Positions 29,483 to 39,278 are shown, counted from the whole stretch's first letter. The stretch: DNA of 60,843 nt, filler included, from Candidatus Woesearchaeota archaeon CG1_02_57_44 (GCA_001871415.1; 6 parts of 6 records of this genome joined end to end with filler, not necessarily neighbours in it), one strand, 5' to 3'. Notes: generated by a model from the sequence alone, not told the origin. Translations and numbers: made by a program.

Positions 29483-30242
29483 GATGTATATTGTACTATT
29501 CAACGTTTTATAAACTTTTGTATTATATGTTATACAGGTTAAATGTATTTTATACTATACAAAGATTTATATATAAGTGTATATTATATTATACATAAAT
29601 AGACAGAGTATCAAAAACGATTCTCCGCAAAGATCCTCTCTCCTGATAATAGAGTCCGTTATGAACCCTACAATAGAAGAAATAAGAAGAGAACTTAATA
29701 AGACTTTTGAGTCTGTAGTGAGAAATGGGTTAAAACATCTTCTATACTTAAGAAATTAAACTTAGGCTTAGTAGAACAAATACCCTATTTTCAGTATGTT
29801 TATACAATCTTTGGGTTTTAGTTAATATTTGTGTGTCTCTTACTTTGTATGGCAGATTGTCAGAAAAGCCAATTATTACTTCTAAACTGTTTGCAGTTGT
29901 TCTTTACAAAGTCGCTTTTGAAGATCCTCCAACGTGATGGTTAATTCTATTAGTTATAGAATTGTTCTAGTTGGAACTCTCTCGTTTTCTAGTTATTTCT
30001 CTTACATTGTAACTTAAGTTTTGAACTTCTCTAAAATTCTCTTGAAACCCAGTGAGAACTAAGGATAAAATATTATAAATAGAGCTGTCCTACCTACTAA
30101 ATTAGTTTACTTTCCTATCTACTGAAGGATTCCGGAAGATCTGCGGGTATGTTGAGGGTATCAGGAGTAACTCTTGCGGTGGTGAAGGGTTCTGGCGTCT
30201 GTTGCCACCCGTGGTGGTATGTTTATGCTGGTTGACTCCTAT

Positions 30243-30405
30243 GGCTCTGTCCTGAATCTCATTTGACTATGCCAGCAGCGGGCTTCGGCGGCGTTTTCAC
30301 CAGTGACGGATTGACATCCCCGAAGGGGGCATCCCCCTGTCAATGCGCAACATGCAACACATCAGCCTTTGCAATTGCTGCTGGCTGGACTCTTAGGACA
30401 GAGCC
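30243..30405. mobile_element. 163-bp MITE of an IS5-family element
   Basis: TIRs GGCTCTGTCCT / AGGACAGAGCC; inner IR GCCAGCAGC/GCTGCTGGC; last 18 bp identical to the IS end at 44945-44962; flanks GACTCCTAT/GTCTTCTAT match at 7 of 9. Confidence 0.75.
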
Positions 30406-30420
30406 GTCTTCTATATTTGC

Positions 30421-30663
30421 TCACTGCTCATCCTTATGATACAGCATTAGGAACGTGATGATGTCTTTTTCATAGTGATACGCGAGACGATATGGTCCTA
30501 TCTTGAGTTCCCTTGTGTCTTTGCGGCCATAACGCATGGGCTTTCCCGACAATGGATCACTGATGGCTTTTTCCACCTGCTGCTTTACTTGTTGCTTCAG
30601 ACGCTTATCGCGTATCTTCCTGACGGCCTTCAGGAACCCAGGATGGTGCTCTATGCTCAACAT
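30421..30663 (-). CDS. RelE/ParE-family toxin
   Basis: 80 aa, basic; F.K..RK, DP.SGKPMRY..KDTRELKIGPYRLAY, LYHKDEQ. Confidence 0.85.
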   Translation of the reverse strand: MLSIEHHPGFLKAVRKIRDKRLKQQVKQQVEKAISDPLSGKPMRYGRKDTRELKIGPYRLAYHYEKDIITFLMLYHKDEQ

Positions 30664-30747
30664 GCGCGCAATTCCTCAAGGAAATCATCCTTCGTCGCTG
30701 TCTTGAATTTTCCTTTGTCGTGCTCCTGCCATGCCTGCTCCACCTGC
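30657..30747 (-). CDS. 3' end of the cognate antitoxin (truncated by contig end)
   Basis: ...QVEQAWQEHDKGKFKTATKDDFLEELRAC* overlaps the toxin start. Confidence 0.7.
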
Positions 30748-30847
30748 NNNNNNNNNNNNNNNNNNNNNNNNNNNNNNNNNNNNNNNNNNNNTTAATTAAT
30801 TAANNNNNNNNNNNNNNNNNNNNNNNNNNNNNNNNNNNNNNNNNNNN
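30748..30847. other. Assembly spacer (N-run with TTAATTAATTAA); same at 38981-39080, 44445-44544, 50023-50122, 55434-55533
   Basis: Identical 100-nt construct five times; linker has stops in all six frames. Confidence 0.98.
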
Positions 30848-30848
30848 A

Positions 30849-32240
30849 ATGCCTGACATAGACTTTGGTGATGCGAAAAGCACGGTCGCGGTGGTCACCT
30901 TATGGTCTGATAGGACCAAGCTCATGCCAAAGCTGCAGGGCAAGTACCATATCATCGGCAATCTCTACAGCAGCAATGGCATCAACTACATGCTGCAGAC
31001 CCTGCTTGCGTTCCCAAGCATCCGATACCTGATTGTCTGGGGCTTCTCCCTCACCAAGTCCGATGCTGACCTGGTCACGCTTTGGACTGAGGGTGTGGAG
31101 AAGGGCAAGATTCCGGGCACGAAGATTAGCATCCTGCTGGACCCTGAGCGCGTCGACCTGGTGCGAAAGAATGTGCGCATCGTGGACCTGCGCGGCAGGC
31201 CATCGACAGAGATAGCCAAGGCAATTGACGCGCTGCCAGCGATGGAGTCATGGGGAGAGCCCCTGCACGTGTCGCTGATGCCAGAATCCGTGGTCGAGAC
31301 CATCCCCAGCCCCTTGTCAGGCCATCACATCTATGAGGAGTCGGTCTTCGGCGCGTGGGTGAAATCGCTCAATTACATCATGAAGTTCGGCAATATGAAA
31401 GAGTCAGAGTATGGCATCCGGCAGAAGGAATACAACAATCTGATGGTCACTATCGGCAAGAACTATGATTTCATCGAGTATGGCTTCAAGGAGCAGTTCA
31501 CTGCCGATGAGCTGCAGGAGTATGCTGATTCCCTGATGTCGGCAGACAAGCAGCCCGGCCTCTCCTATACCTACGGCGAGCGGCTCATGGACTATCGTGG
31601 CAATGATCAGATAGCGTATATCATCAGCAAGCTTGGCGCATCGCCCAACAGTCGAAGGGCAGTCGCAGTGCTCTGGGACCCGCTCATCGATCAGGAGCAG
31701 CCGCACGGTCCGTGCCTGAATTTCATCTCCTTTAACATCCACAACGACGAGCTCTTCGCCTCCATCGTGTTCCGCAGCCATGACCTGTTCAAGGCATGGC
31801 CCAAGAACGTGCTGGGTCTCATGCGATTGCAGCGGCATGTGGTGGACCGCATCAACGAGCGGCATGGTATGCGTCTGAAGCCGGGCAGGTTCACGGTTAT
31901 CAGTATCTCCGCGCACATCTATGAGCAGGACTTCGCGGATGCCAAGGCAGTGGTTGATCAGCATCTCTCCATCATCCAGCGCCTGAATGTGGACCCGAAA
32001 GGATTGTTCGTGGTCGATATAGAGACCGGCACTATCCGTGTCGAGTATCGCAGCAATGCCGGCGAATTATTGCAGGTCTTCGAGGGCAAGAACGGCGAGG
32101 ACCTCTATCAGCAGATAGCCAACAATGACATCTTCTCCTTCTTCGTGCACTCTGCCTACCTTGGCTATCAGATAAGCAAGGCAGAGTCCTGCCTCAATGA
32201 CGGCAGGCCCTACGTGCAGGACGCGGCGCCTGATAGCTGA
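30849..32240 (+). CDS. thyA: Thymidylate synthase (ThyA fold) with MtrA-like N-terminal and DUF4346-like C-terminal domains
   Basis: YTYGERL, DQI, SRRAVAVLWDP, GPCL, FRSHD, WPKN, SAHIYE; N-terminal VVTLW..IGNLYS..GINY...PSIRYL; C-terminal DPKG.F...HSAYLGYQ.SKAE...YVQD; begins at the contig edge so may be 5'-truncated. Confidence 0.8.
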   Translation: MPDIDFGDAKSTVAVVTLWSDRTKLMPKLQGKYHIIGNLYSSNGINYMLQTLLAFPSIRYLIVWGFSLTKSDADLVTLWTEGVEKGKIPGTKISILLDPERVDLVRKNVRIVDLRGRPSTEIAKAIDALPAMESWGEPLHVSLMPESVVETIPSPLSGHHIYEESVFGAWVKSLNYIMKFGNMKESEYGIRQKEYNNLMVTIGKNYDFIEYGFKEQFTADELQEYADSLMSADKQPGLSYTYGERLMDYRGNDQIAYIISKLGASPNSRRAVAVLWDPLIDQEQPHGPCLNFISFNIHNDELFASIVFRSHDLFKAWPKNVLGLMRLQRHVVDRINERHGMRLKPGRFTVISISAHIYEQDFADAKAVVDQHLSIIQRLNVDPKGLFVVDIETGTIRVEYRSNAGELLQVFEGKNGEDLYQQIANNDIFSFFVHSAYLGYQISKAESCLNDGRPYVQDAAPDS

Positions 32241-32305
32241 CGCTTGATGGAAGCGTCATGATAAAGCACCTTGCGCGCGCACTGACCGGTAAGTCGCGCT
32301 TCAGC

Positions 32306-33265
32306 TCATGCGGCTTTGGCGCGGTGCGTGAGCTGCATCTCGGTCTCAAACAGGCTCAGGATGTGGGTCTGCATATCGCGCTCATCATGGCGCGCCTTGC
32401 TCACTTCCGCGACAACTGTTTTCATATGCTCTGCAGGGAACCCTTCCTTCTCCAGCTGGGCAAGGATCTGCTCGTCACGCCTGACCTCATCATGGATGAG
32501 GTATGCCTCAACGACCACAGCGTCGAATTCAGCGTGCCAGATCTCCTTGGAGCTGCGAAGGATGAGCTCTGCTTCCTGGCGCAGTTCCTCCACCAGTCTT
32601 CGCAACTCTTGCAGGGTCTGATCGGAGATCGGGTGAAGGCCGCTTTCCACATGTTTGATGACCTTCTCTATCTTATGGCTGAGTCTTGATATGACGCGCA
32701 TATTCTTGCCGATGTTGTACTCTGCGCCCGCCAAATCCCGCACTGTCTGCAGCTCTCCCATGTTGACCCCCTCACTGAGGTGGGCTACTCCTTGCTTGGA
32801 CAGGCTGTCCTTGACGTCAATGTATGCCTTTGCCGCGAAGTCGCGCAGTGTCGCCATGGCCTGGTTGGTCGTGGCGTGCGCCTGGCGCACGAGCGTTACT
32901 GCTTCCTTTGCTTGCCGGGAATTGGCAGGCTCTGCGCGGGCAGTATCTTGTTCCAATGCCGCGAGCTTGACCGAGAGCGTGTTGATGTGTCCCTCGATGT
33001 TATGCATCTCGCGCGCGCCGTCCTGCATCACGATGTTCATGTCATGCTCCAGTCGCTTGAGCCGTTCGTGCCTGCGATGGATGGCCCGCGTGGTCTCCTG
33101 CACATTGCCGTCATTGATCGCCTGCTTGATGGCCTCGTTGTCATGCAGCAGCACGTCGGTCATGGAATCAACATGCATGACCCGTCGGCGGTCACGGACA
33201 GCAAGGCTCCTGCTCAGGAAGTCCGGGGTCCATAAGCGAAACCTGTTTGCGATATATCCCATCAT
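32306..33265 (-). CDS. All-helical coiled-coil protein
   Basis: Heptad-rich E/R/L sequence; co-oriented with the upstream giant ORF. Confidence 0.7.
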   Translation of the reverse strand: MMGYIANRFRLWTPDFLSRSLAVRDRRRVMHVDSMTDVLLHDNEAIKQAINDGNVQETTRAIHRRHERLKRLEHDMNIVMQDGAREMHNIEGHINTLSVKLAALEQDTARAEPANSRQAKEAVTLVRQAHATTNQAMATLRDFAAKAYIDVKDSLSKQGVAHLSEGVNMGELQTVRDLAGAEYNIGKNMRVISRLSHKIEKVIKHVESGLHPISDQTLQELRRLVEELRQEAELILRSSKEIWHAEFDAVVVEAYLIHDEVRRDEQILAQLEKEGFPAEHMKTVVAEVSKARHDERDMQTHILSLFETEMQLTHRAKAA

Positions 33266-33308
33266 GCATCACCTGTTGTATTGATTGTTTCCTGTATCAG
33301 TGTGAGTG

Positions 33309-36300
33309 TCATCTTCTGCCGCGCCGTCTGCCGCCGCCTTGACCTCTGTTAGGTTGGCTGCCTCCTGAGCGGCGGATATTTTCAACTGCTTGGACTCTTC
33401 GGTCCCTTTGCCTCTCCATGAGATAGTCTGGGCTAGCAGCGCCACTGACGCCAAGCTGCTCACGCATCTGTCTGTCCCACTGGTCGAGCGTTTCAAGCTC
33501 CTGCCCCAGCGCTTCTAGCTGCGCCTCCAGTTCCTGCACGAAGGTGGCGACCTTCTCGATAGCGACGCACGCCTGCTCTGCTACCTGCTTGACATTGCCG
33601 CGATGCTTGGGGTGCACCATCTGTGTATCAGTGAGCTGTAATGTGTCTTCCAGGTGTTCTATATGGCCTTCAAGCTCTGCGATGCGTGTGAGTATCTGGC
33701 GGAGACGATCATTGCGCTGTTCAATCATGGTTATGCGCTGCTCGGCCAATACCAGGTGAGCTTCGTCTGCTTGGTTCGCGATATCTTGGTAGTGCCCAAG
33801 GGAATCCTGCAATGCATCTAAGTTAGTCTCGATGTGCTGACGCATCTCACTGAAGAATCCCACGAGTTGGTGAAGGTTCCTGAAGACCTGCTCATGCGTA
33901 CGGATGAGATTGCGCAGTGCAGCTCTCTCTTTGCCAGCGAATTCCGCAGCCTCAAAGGTGCCATGCTTGTCAAGATGCTCCTGGAACTGTCGTGCGCCAT
34001 CGGCGAGCTTTGCTACCTCCACCTGCACCGAGGCAATCAGCCGCTTCTCCTCCCTGATGATTTGTGTCTCTTTGTCAAAGTCAAGACCGGTGGCATCGAC
34101 ATCAGCGTCGATGCGTCGTCGTGTATCATACTCGTCGTCAGCGAACGCATCAAGCACCTGGATTGGCACGCTGGTCCTACCGATGAGCTCGTTGTGATGA
34201 TAGATATATATCTCCACATGGTCGCCGTTCCATTGATTTGTTCTTCCCCAAGTGGCCATTTCCTTCGTGAGGGTCATCTGGAATGAACTTCCTACCACAG
34301 GTGAGGGCATTGATTCAAAAAATATGGGCTGTGTCGGTTGTCGTTGATCATTGACCATCGCGGCTGCCATATACGCAAGGCTTCCCGCTGGAGCGTCAGG
34401 CTTCATCGTGAACTCCGCGGACTCACCTACTATTATCTGTGAAGGGCCCTCGATAACAATCGGTTCCTGAGTGGCTTGCCTAGATGGAATCTCCACATCC
34501 AGGTGTCCGAGCGCATACATTGTCCCCTTGCCTGCGACGAAGAAGAACAATGTCACCCGCGGTTCATCTCCAACATCAGGGATGGTGATGCTCAGGTCGC
34601 ATGCGTCATTGGAAGGTCCTTCGCCTGCGACAGCGACCTTGGGTTCGAGGTCTATCCCCGGTAGCTGTCCCTTCGGCTTCCAGACGCATATCAACTGATC
34701 AGGATAGATTATACCTCCGGGCCATGAAGCCTTGACCCTGATGGTGGCCTCAGCGTTGTTACGCTCAGCAGGCTCAATTTGAGTGAATTTCAGACTCCGG
34801 GGGAATATCCTGATTTGCACGGGCTTGAGTACCTCTGCACCGATAGTCACCTTGAGCAGAACCTCCCCCGCAAGCACAGGTGTATCTTCATCATAAAATC
34901 CGACCCATTTATCCCCCATAAATTCAATCCTTAATAGACGATCGACGCCCTGAACCTCTACAGTAGCGGTCGGCGGATGCTCAGTGTCAAACGGTTCCGC
35001 ACTGAACGCGAATGCGGGAGTTCCTCTGCTGTTCTCTGTATAATTGAAATCCGAGTAACTAATGCTGTACTTTGTACTGTAGTGTGCATCCTCTCCGGAG
35101 CCGCCTCCATCTCCACCAGATCCAGCTCCTCCGCTGCCAGAATCGCCACCTCCTGTTTGTCCATCGCCACCTTCGCCGCCAGTGTCATCGCCCCAGTCCC
35201 ATGGAACGTCGATTGCGCGGATGGTTTTCCAATTTTGTATTTCCCGGCGCTGGAACCGAAGGTTGCCCTGTGTTTGTTGCCTGGCTACAGCTAAATCCAC
35301 ATTTTGCCATTCATTGTACCGTCCCATATCTAACGTGACGACATAGACTCTGGTTCCAGTGCCTTCCGATTGTGGATAATGGGTGAGTGGATAATTATAA
35401 CGGCATCCCTCGAAATCGATGGAGAATCGCCAACCCTCAGGAAATGTGCCGTTGAATTTTAGCTCAACCTCTATTTGACCATCTACCCTACCTGGTGGAT
35501 CCAGGCAAGTGAACTCTGTGATGGTGAAGGCCTGTCCATCTTCATCCTCGATGAGCGGAATCCGGATAGGACGAGATACGAGCGCATCGCCCACTGCTGG
35601 ATGATACGTCACTTGCAGCTGCATCCTGCTGACAAGTTCGTGTGAGAGCCCCTCAATGCCGTCTGTATCAAAAGTGAAGTAGCAGGTGCCATGAGTTGCA
35701 TCGATTCTATTGGTTGTGATCTCTCTCACTTCATCATCCCACATGATGGTCGCTTGGATCTGTTCAGCAGATGTTGGGTCCTCAACGCCATCGGGGATAG
35801 TCGCGCCGCAGACAATGCTCAGCGTGGTTCCCTCAATACGCGCTCCTTGTCCGTCCGCGAACGTGAGGGTTAGCTCGCCTCCGGCAGGGCGTGGCTTCAC
35901 CGTGATGGTTGGATTGCCACCGTCAATGGAGATCTCACCACTGCTATTGATGATCTGCAACGTATGCTCTCCCACCTGCTCATCCTCTGTTGCACGGATG
36001 AGGATAGTGCCTGTTGTCGCTCCGTCGGGCCAGTCAATATCTCCCATGAGGCTTGTACCCTCGAGTTGCCAAGACAATCTCTCACCATCTGCTTTGCTTC
36101 CTCTGGATGCTTCGACAGTGATGGTGCGCGCAGCACCGCCGACGACAATGTCTTCATCAGGCACGCTGACCTTGAGCACAAGCGCTCCAGACTCGACCGT
36201 AATGGTCTCATCACCGGTGATATCCACTGGTTGGCTCGCGACAGTAACGCTGATGTCGTGTGTCCCCTCAGTCAGTCCAGATACCGTGACAATTACGTCA

Positions 36301-37793
36301 TCAGAGTCGTCGATGTCGCTTTCTCCCTGCTTACCATCGATTTCGACCGTGGTCTTGCTCCCCGACAGTGCTTCGTGAGCTCTTGTGGGCAGCGTGATGG
36401 TGATGGTGGCATCCTGCCCTTCGGTGATGGAGGGCGCGCTGACCTGTACCTGGACAGGGGGAATATCCACCGGTTGCTGCACTAGAGAGTATCCATCCTC
36501 TTCCAATCGCAATAATGCATTCATTAAAAGCGGCAGGATGTTTCTGGTCCTGAATGTCCATGCTTGCCTGGTTTCGATCTCCGGTCGAGGGTCCTGCAAT
36601 ACCAGCGAGTAAACATCGCCATCATTGTCCTCTAGCGACACAAGCAGATGGTCAGGATTAATGCCAATGAGCCGTTCTGTCGTGAATGTCAGCTGGACTA
36701 TCTGTCCATCACCTGCCAGTCGTTCGACATTGATGGCATCTAAACTCAGCCGCAATTGCAAGTCCCTGCAATCCTGGCTGGCGCTCCTGCCACGCTCGAC
36801 TTCCTCAGTCACGGTCACCCGCAGACGGCGGCCGTCCCATCCGTCATTAACAGCAGTCTGCATGGCATCAGAAGGTATGAGCAGCGCCTCGCCGGGATTC
36901 AGGATGAGCTCATTTCCGTAAAGCCCCATAGCGCCTTGGTCGATTTGAGCAAGCGTTCCATGTTCGTTGCCATCTTCATTGATGGCGACGATGGTGCAGG
37001 AGAGATCATCTGCCCGGAGAGGATCGCCTGTCCACTGGATATTGACTGTTTTTTCTCCCGGTTCGAGCAGCTCATCAGCATCCACGATATGGATGCTCAT
37101 AGTCCCTCTCGGGCTGAGTACTTCGATGCTGGTGATTCCTGTGGAATCTACTTGCACGGGCTGATTGCGCTCCAACACTTCTAGGCGATGGCTTCCGACG
37201 AATTCAGGGCCGAATGGGCCGATGGTTATCGCAAACTCGTCTACGTCAGTGGGCCAGGTGAATGGCTGCTCAAATACTTGAGTGCGCAGGTCGCGGATGT
37301 CCCTGTCTATCAGCACTCTGTTTTGGATCTCACCACGTACATGCCTGATCGGATGATACCGGAACCGTATACAATAGTCTGTATCATATCTCTCTCCTAT
37401 AGATGACACTTTCAAGGTAATGGACCCGTCGATGACAGTGGTGTTCCCTGCATCAGCTTGGATGCGCACGCGGAAGGCATCATGCCCGTGCGGGTCAAAG
37501 CCATGCCAATGCCATTTTAATCTGCCGTCCGCAGGGTCGATAAGCTCTCTGCCGATGAACACATACTCGCGCCCATTGCTGAACGCCCCTGGATCAAGGT
37601 CGATATCGTGGCCCTCAGTGATCAACTGACTGCCATCATGTCCTGGAAGTACGCGACCTCCTAGACTATCAGCCGCTGCTCTGGGATCCCTTCGTTCAAG
37701 CCCACGGGCTGGCTCATCGCCGCTGGTGAGATGCTTCCTTGCTCTCTCTACCGCAGGCGCGAGCACAATAGCATAGTGGAACTGATCAGTCAT
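33309..37793 (-). CDS. 1494-aa multidomain protein: beta-rich Ig-like repeats, Gly linker, C-terminal coiled coil
   Basis: Long uninterrupted ORF; T/V/I-rich beta strands; GGEGGDGQTGGGDSGSGG linker; heptad C-terminus ending GGGRRRGRR. Confidence 0.75.
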   Translation of the reverse strand: MTDQFHYAIVLAPAVERARKHLTSGDEPARGLERRDPRAAADSLGGRVLPGHDGSQLITEGHDIDLDPGAFSNGREYVFIGRELIDPADGRLKWHWHGFDPHGHDAFRVRIQADAGNTTVIDGSITLKVSSIGERYDTDYCIRFRYHPIRHVRGEIQNRVLIDRDIRDLRTQVFEQPFTWPTDVDEFAITIGPFGPEFVGSHRLEVLERNQPVQVDSTGITSIEVLSPRGTMSIHIVDADELLEPGEKTVNIQWTGDPLRADDLSCTIVAINEDGNEHGTLAQIDQGAMGLYGNELILNPGEALLIPSDAMQTAVNDGWDGRRLRVTVTEEVERGRSASQDCRDLQLRLSLDAINVERLAGDGQIVQLTFTTERLIGINPDHLLVSLEDNDGDVYSLVLQDPRPEIETRQAWTFRTRNILPLLMNALLRLEEDGYSLVQQPVDIPPVQVQVSAPSITEGQDATITITLPTRAHEALSGSKTTVEIDGKQGESDIDDSDDVIVTVSGLTEGTHDISVTVASQPVDITGDETITVESGALVLKVSVPDEDIVVGGAARTITVEASRGSKADGERLSWQLEGTSLMGDIDWPDGATTGTILIRATEDEQVGEHTLQIINSSGEISIDGGNPTITVKPRPAGGELTLTFADGQGARIEGTTLSIVCGATIPDGVEDPTSAEQIQATIMWDDEVREITTNRIDATHGTCYFTFDTDGIEGLSHELVSRMQLQVTYHPAVGDALVSRPIRIPLIEDEDGQAFTITEFTCLDPPGRVDGQIEVELKFNGTFPEGWRFSIDFEGCRYNYPLTHYPQSEGTGTRVYVVTLDMGRYNEWQNVDLAVARQQTQGNLRFQRREIQNWKTIRAIDVPWDWGDDTGGEGGDGQTGGGDSGSGGAGSGGDGGGSGEDAHYSTKYSISYSDFNYTENSRGTPAFAFSAEPFDTEHPPTATVEVQGVDRLLRIEFMGDKWVGFYDEDTPVLAGEVLLKVTIGAEVLKPVQIRIFPRSLKFTQIEPAERNNAEATIRVKASWPGGIIYPDQLICVWKPKGQLPGIDLEPKVAVAGEGPSNDACDLSITIPDVGDEPRVTLFFFVAGKGTMYALGHLDVEIPSRQATQEPIVIEGPSQIIVGESAEFTMKPDAPAGSLAYMAAAMVNDQRQPTQPIFFESMPSPVVGSSFQMTLTKEMATWGRTNQWNGDHVEIYIYHHNELIGRTSVPIQVLDAFADDEYDTRRRIDADVDATGLDFDKETQIIREEKRLIASVQVEVAKLADGARQFQEHLDKHGTFEAAEFAGKERAALRNLIRTHEQVFRNLHQLVGFFSEMRQHIETNLDALQDSLGHYQDIANQADEAHLVLAEQRITMIEQRNDRLRQILTRIAELEGHIEHLEDTLQLTDTQMVHPKHRGNVKQVAEQACVAIEKVATFVQELEAQLEALGQELETLDQWDRQMREQLGVSGAASPDYLMERQRDRRVQAVENIRRSGGSQPNRGQGGGRRRGRR

Positions 37794-38980
37794 ATGTGGA
37801 TTCTCACCCCACGTCCTGATCCTGTAGTACTGACCGTTGGTCTCCTATTGCGCGGTGGATGCCTGGAGATCCAGTTGATATCGACATCCTGATTGGCCGT
37901 CCTGGGTCCGAGGGTTGTCCTGACCTCCACCTGGAATTCAGCGCGCTCCCAGCCAGCAGCGATGCCTAGCGACGATACGGGAATGGTCAGGGTCCTTCTC
38001 TCTGCTGAAGTACCCGATAAGGTCGTTCGGGTTTCATGCCACCTATTCGGGACCGGTAATCTGACTCCCAGCCGCATCTTGCTGGGTTTTGTTCTGATAA
38101 TGGCTTGCAGATGGCTTGGGTCATACCCCAGCCCATCCTCAAGGATAGTCGCGATGGTGATATCCCCTGGCGTAGCTGCGTTTATCGCCATGGGATCAGG
38201 CACCTCGATGCTGAAGGTGCCTGCGTCAGCACCGTTGATATCCACCCGTGTGCTGTCAGTCTGCCAGTTGGGGTTGCCGTCTGTAGCCACGCCGCAGGTG
38301 ATGGTCACGTGGTTCCAGATGTGAAGGATGCCCAGTTCCTGTGTCGTGACATCGACTTCGCAATAGGTCGGTGTTGCGCCAGCATTCACTGACTTCCTGA
38401 GCGTGTTGCCGTTCCTGGCGCTAATCTCGACCTGGTCTCCAGTAATGACGCAACGCTCTGCGCGTATGCGCATGGTAAGCGTGGTCGCGGTCCCAGGGGT
38501 GACCGCGATGCGGGGTGGTCCGCTGACGTGAATCTTCGCGTTGCTGTTGCTCGTGCCTGCGGGCAGGAACTCGATGATTCTGCTGCCTGATCGTGTATCA
38601 GGTGTCCTGACCGTTATCCTCATGCGTCCATCGGTGACATGCAGGTCGGCTTCTGCGTTCATCGTGAAGTCCATGGTTCGCGTTGGAGATCCTGACACAT
38701 CGACAGAAAAGGTGCCCAGCAATGGGCGTCGGCCCCAGCGAGGAAAATGCTCTGCCTCGATGGTATAGGTGCCTGATGGCAGAAGGCTGGTACTGCCGTC
38801 GGGTTCGACATGAAGGTGTACTGGTGTCGTGCCTGTGGAATCCATTGGTATCTGGTCGGCCGCGGTCACCGTGATGCCATGGTCCCCTACATCATCCCAA
38901 TTAAGGGTTATCTTCTTCGTGGCGGTCTCGGTGCGCTTGGCAGAGTCGGTCTGCACGCTGACCGTGATGGTGGTCTTTCT
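37790..38980 (-). CDS. Beta-rich Ig-like protein, 5'-truncated by contig end
   Basis: T/V/I-rich strands; stop overlaps the next ATG (ATGA coupling). Confidence 0.65.
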   Translation of the reverse strand, partial: RKTTITVSVQTDSAKRTETATKKITLNWDDVGDHGITVTAADQIPMDSTGTTPVHLHVEPDGSTSLLPSGTYTIEAEHFPRWGRRPLLGTFSVDVSGSPTRTMDFTMNAEADLHVTDGRMRITVRTPDTRSGSRIIEFLPAGTSNSNAKIHVSGPPRIAVTPGTATTLTMRIRAERCVITGDQVEISARNGNTLRKSVNAGATPTYCEVDVTTQELGILHIWNHVTITCGVATDGNPNWQTDSTRVDINGADAGTFSIEVPDPMAINAATPGDITIATILEDGLGYDPSHLQAIIRTKPSKMRLGVRLPVPNRWHETRTTLSGTSAERRTLTIPVSSLGIAAGWERAEFQVEVRTTLGPRTANQDVDINWISRHPPRNRRPTVSTTGSGRGVRIHI

Positions 38981-39080
38981 NNNNNNNNNNNNNNNNNNNN
39001 NNNNNNNNNNNNNNNNNNNNNNNNTTAATTAATTAANNNNNNNNNNNNNNNNNNNNNNNNNNNNNNNNNNNNNNNNNNNN

Positions 39081-39278
39081 CGAGCGAAGCGAGCGCTGTC
39101 CTTGTTCTGGATCGACCATCTTGTTAAGAGGGTCGTTCGGGGTCCCCGGCAGCCGCCCCATTTTTTCCTCGTTCTTGCACATTCTTGCGGACCGGCCAGC
39201 CGAGCGAAGCGAGCGCTGTCCTTGTTCTGGATCGACCATCTTGTTAAGAGGGTCGTTCGGGGTCCCCGGCAGCCGCCC
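39081..39278. repeat. Direct repeat: 78-bp identical units at 120-bp period
   Basis: 39081-39158 equals 39201-39278; first copy is cut by the contig edge. Confidence 0.9.

Larger units (their letters stand above)
27684..30124. mobile_element. Non-autonomous TIR-bounded transposon (ISH3/IS4-like ends) carrying cargo genes
   Basis: Perfect 16-bp TIRs CAGTAGATAGGAAAGT (27684-27699) and ACTTTCCTATCTACTG (30109-30124); AAGGA direct repeats at 27679-27683 and 30125-30129; sharp AT-rich composition shift between them. Confidence 0.85.

Noticed and set aside
29500..30108. Hidden transposase inside the TIR element
   Set aside because: Only short ORFs with no DDE motif; may be decayed sequence but cannot be supported by eye
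30748..30847. Recurrent TTAATTAATTAA motif inside N-runs (five times)
   Set aside because: Artificial contig-joining linker with stops in all frames, not biological; ORFs crossing it are artefacts
30849..38980. Provirus with a DNA-modifying thymidylate-synthase homolog and tail proteins
   Set aside because: No terminase, capsid, portal or integrase motifs; the TS keeps the dUMP-type Asn
39081..39278. CRISPR array interpretation of the tandem repeat
   Set aside because: The 78-bp repeat is too long, only two units are seen and no cas genes are present
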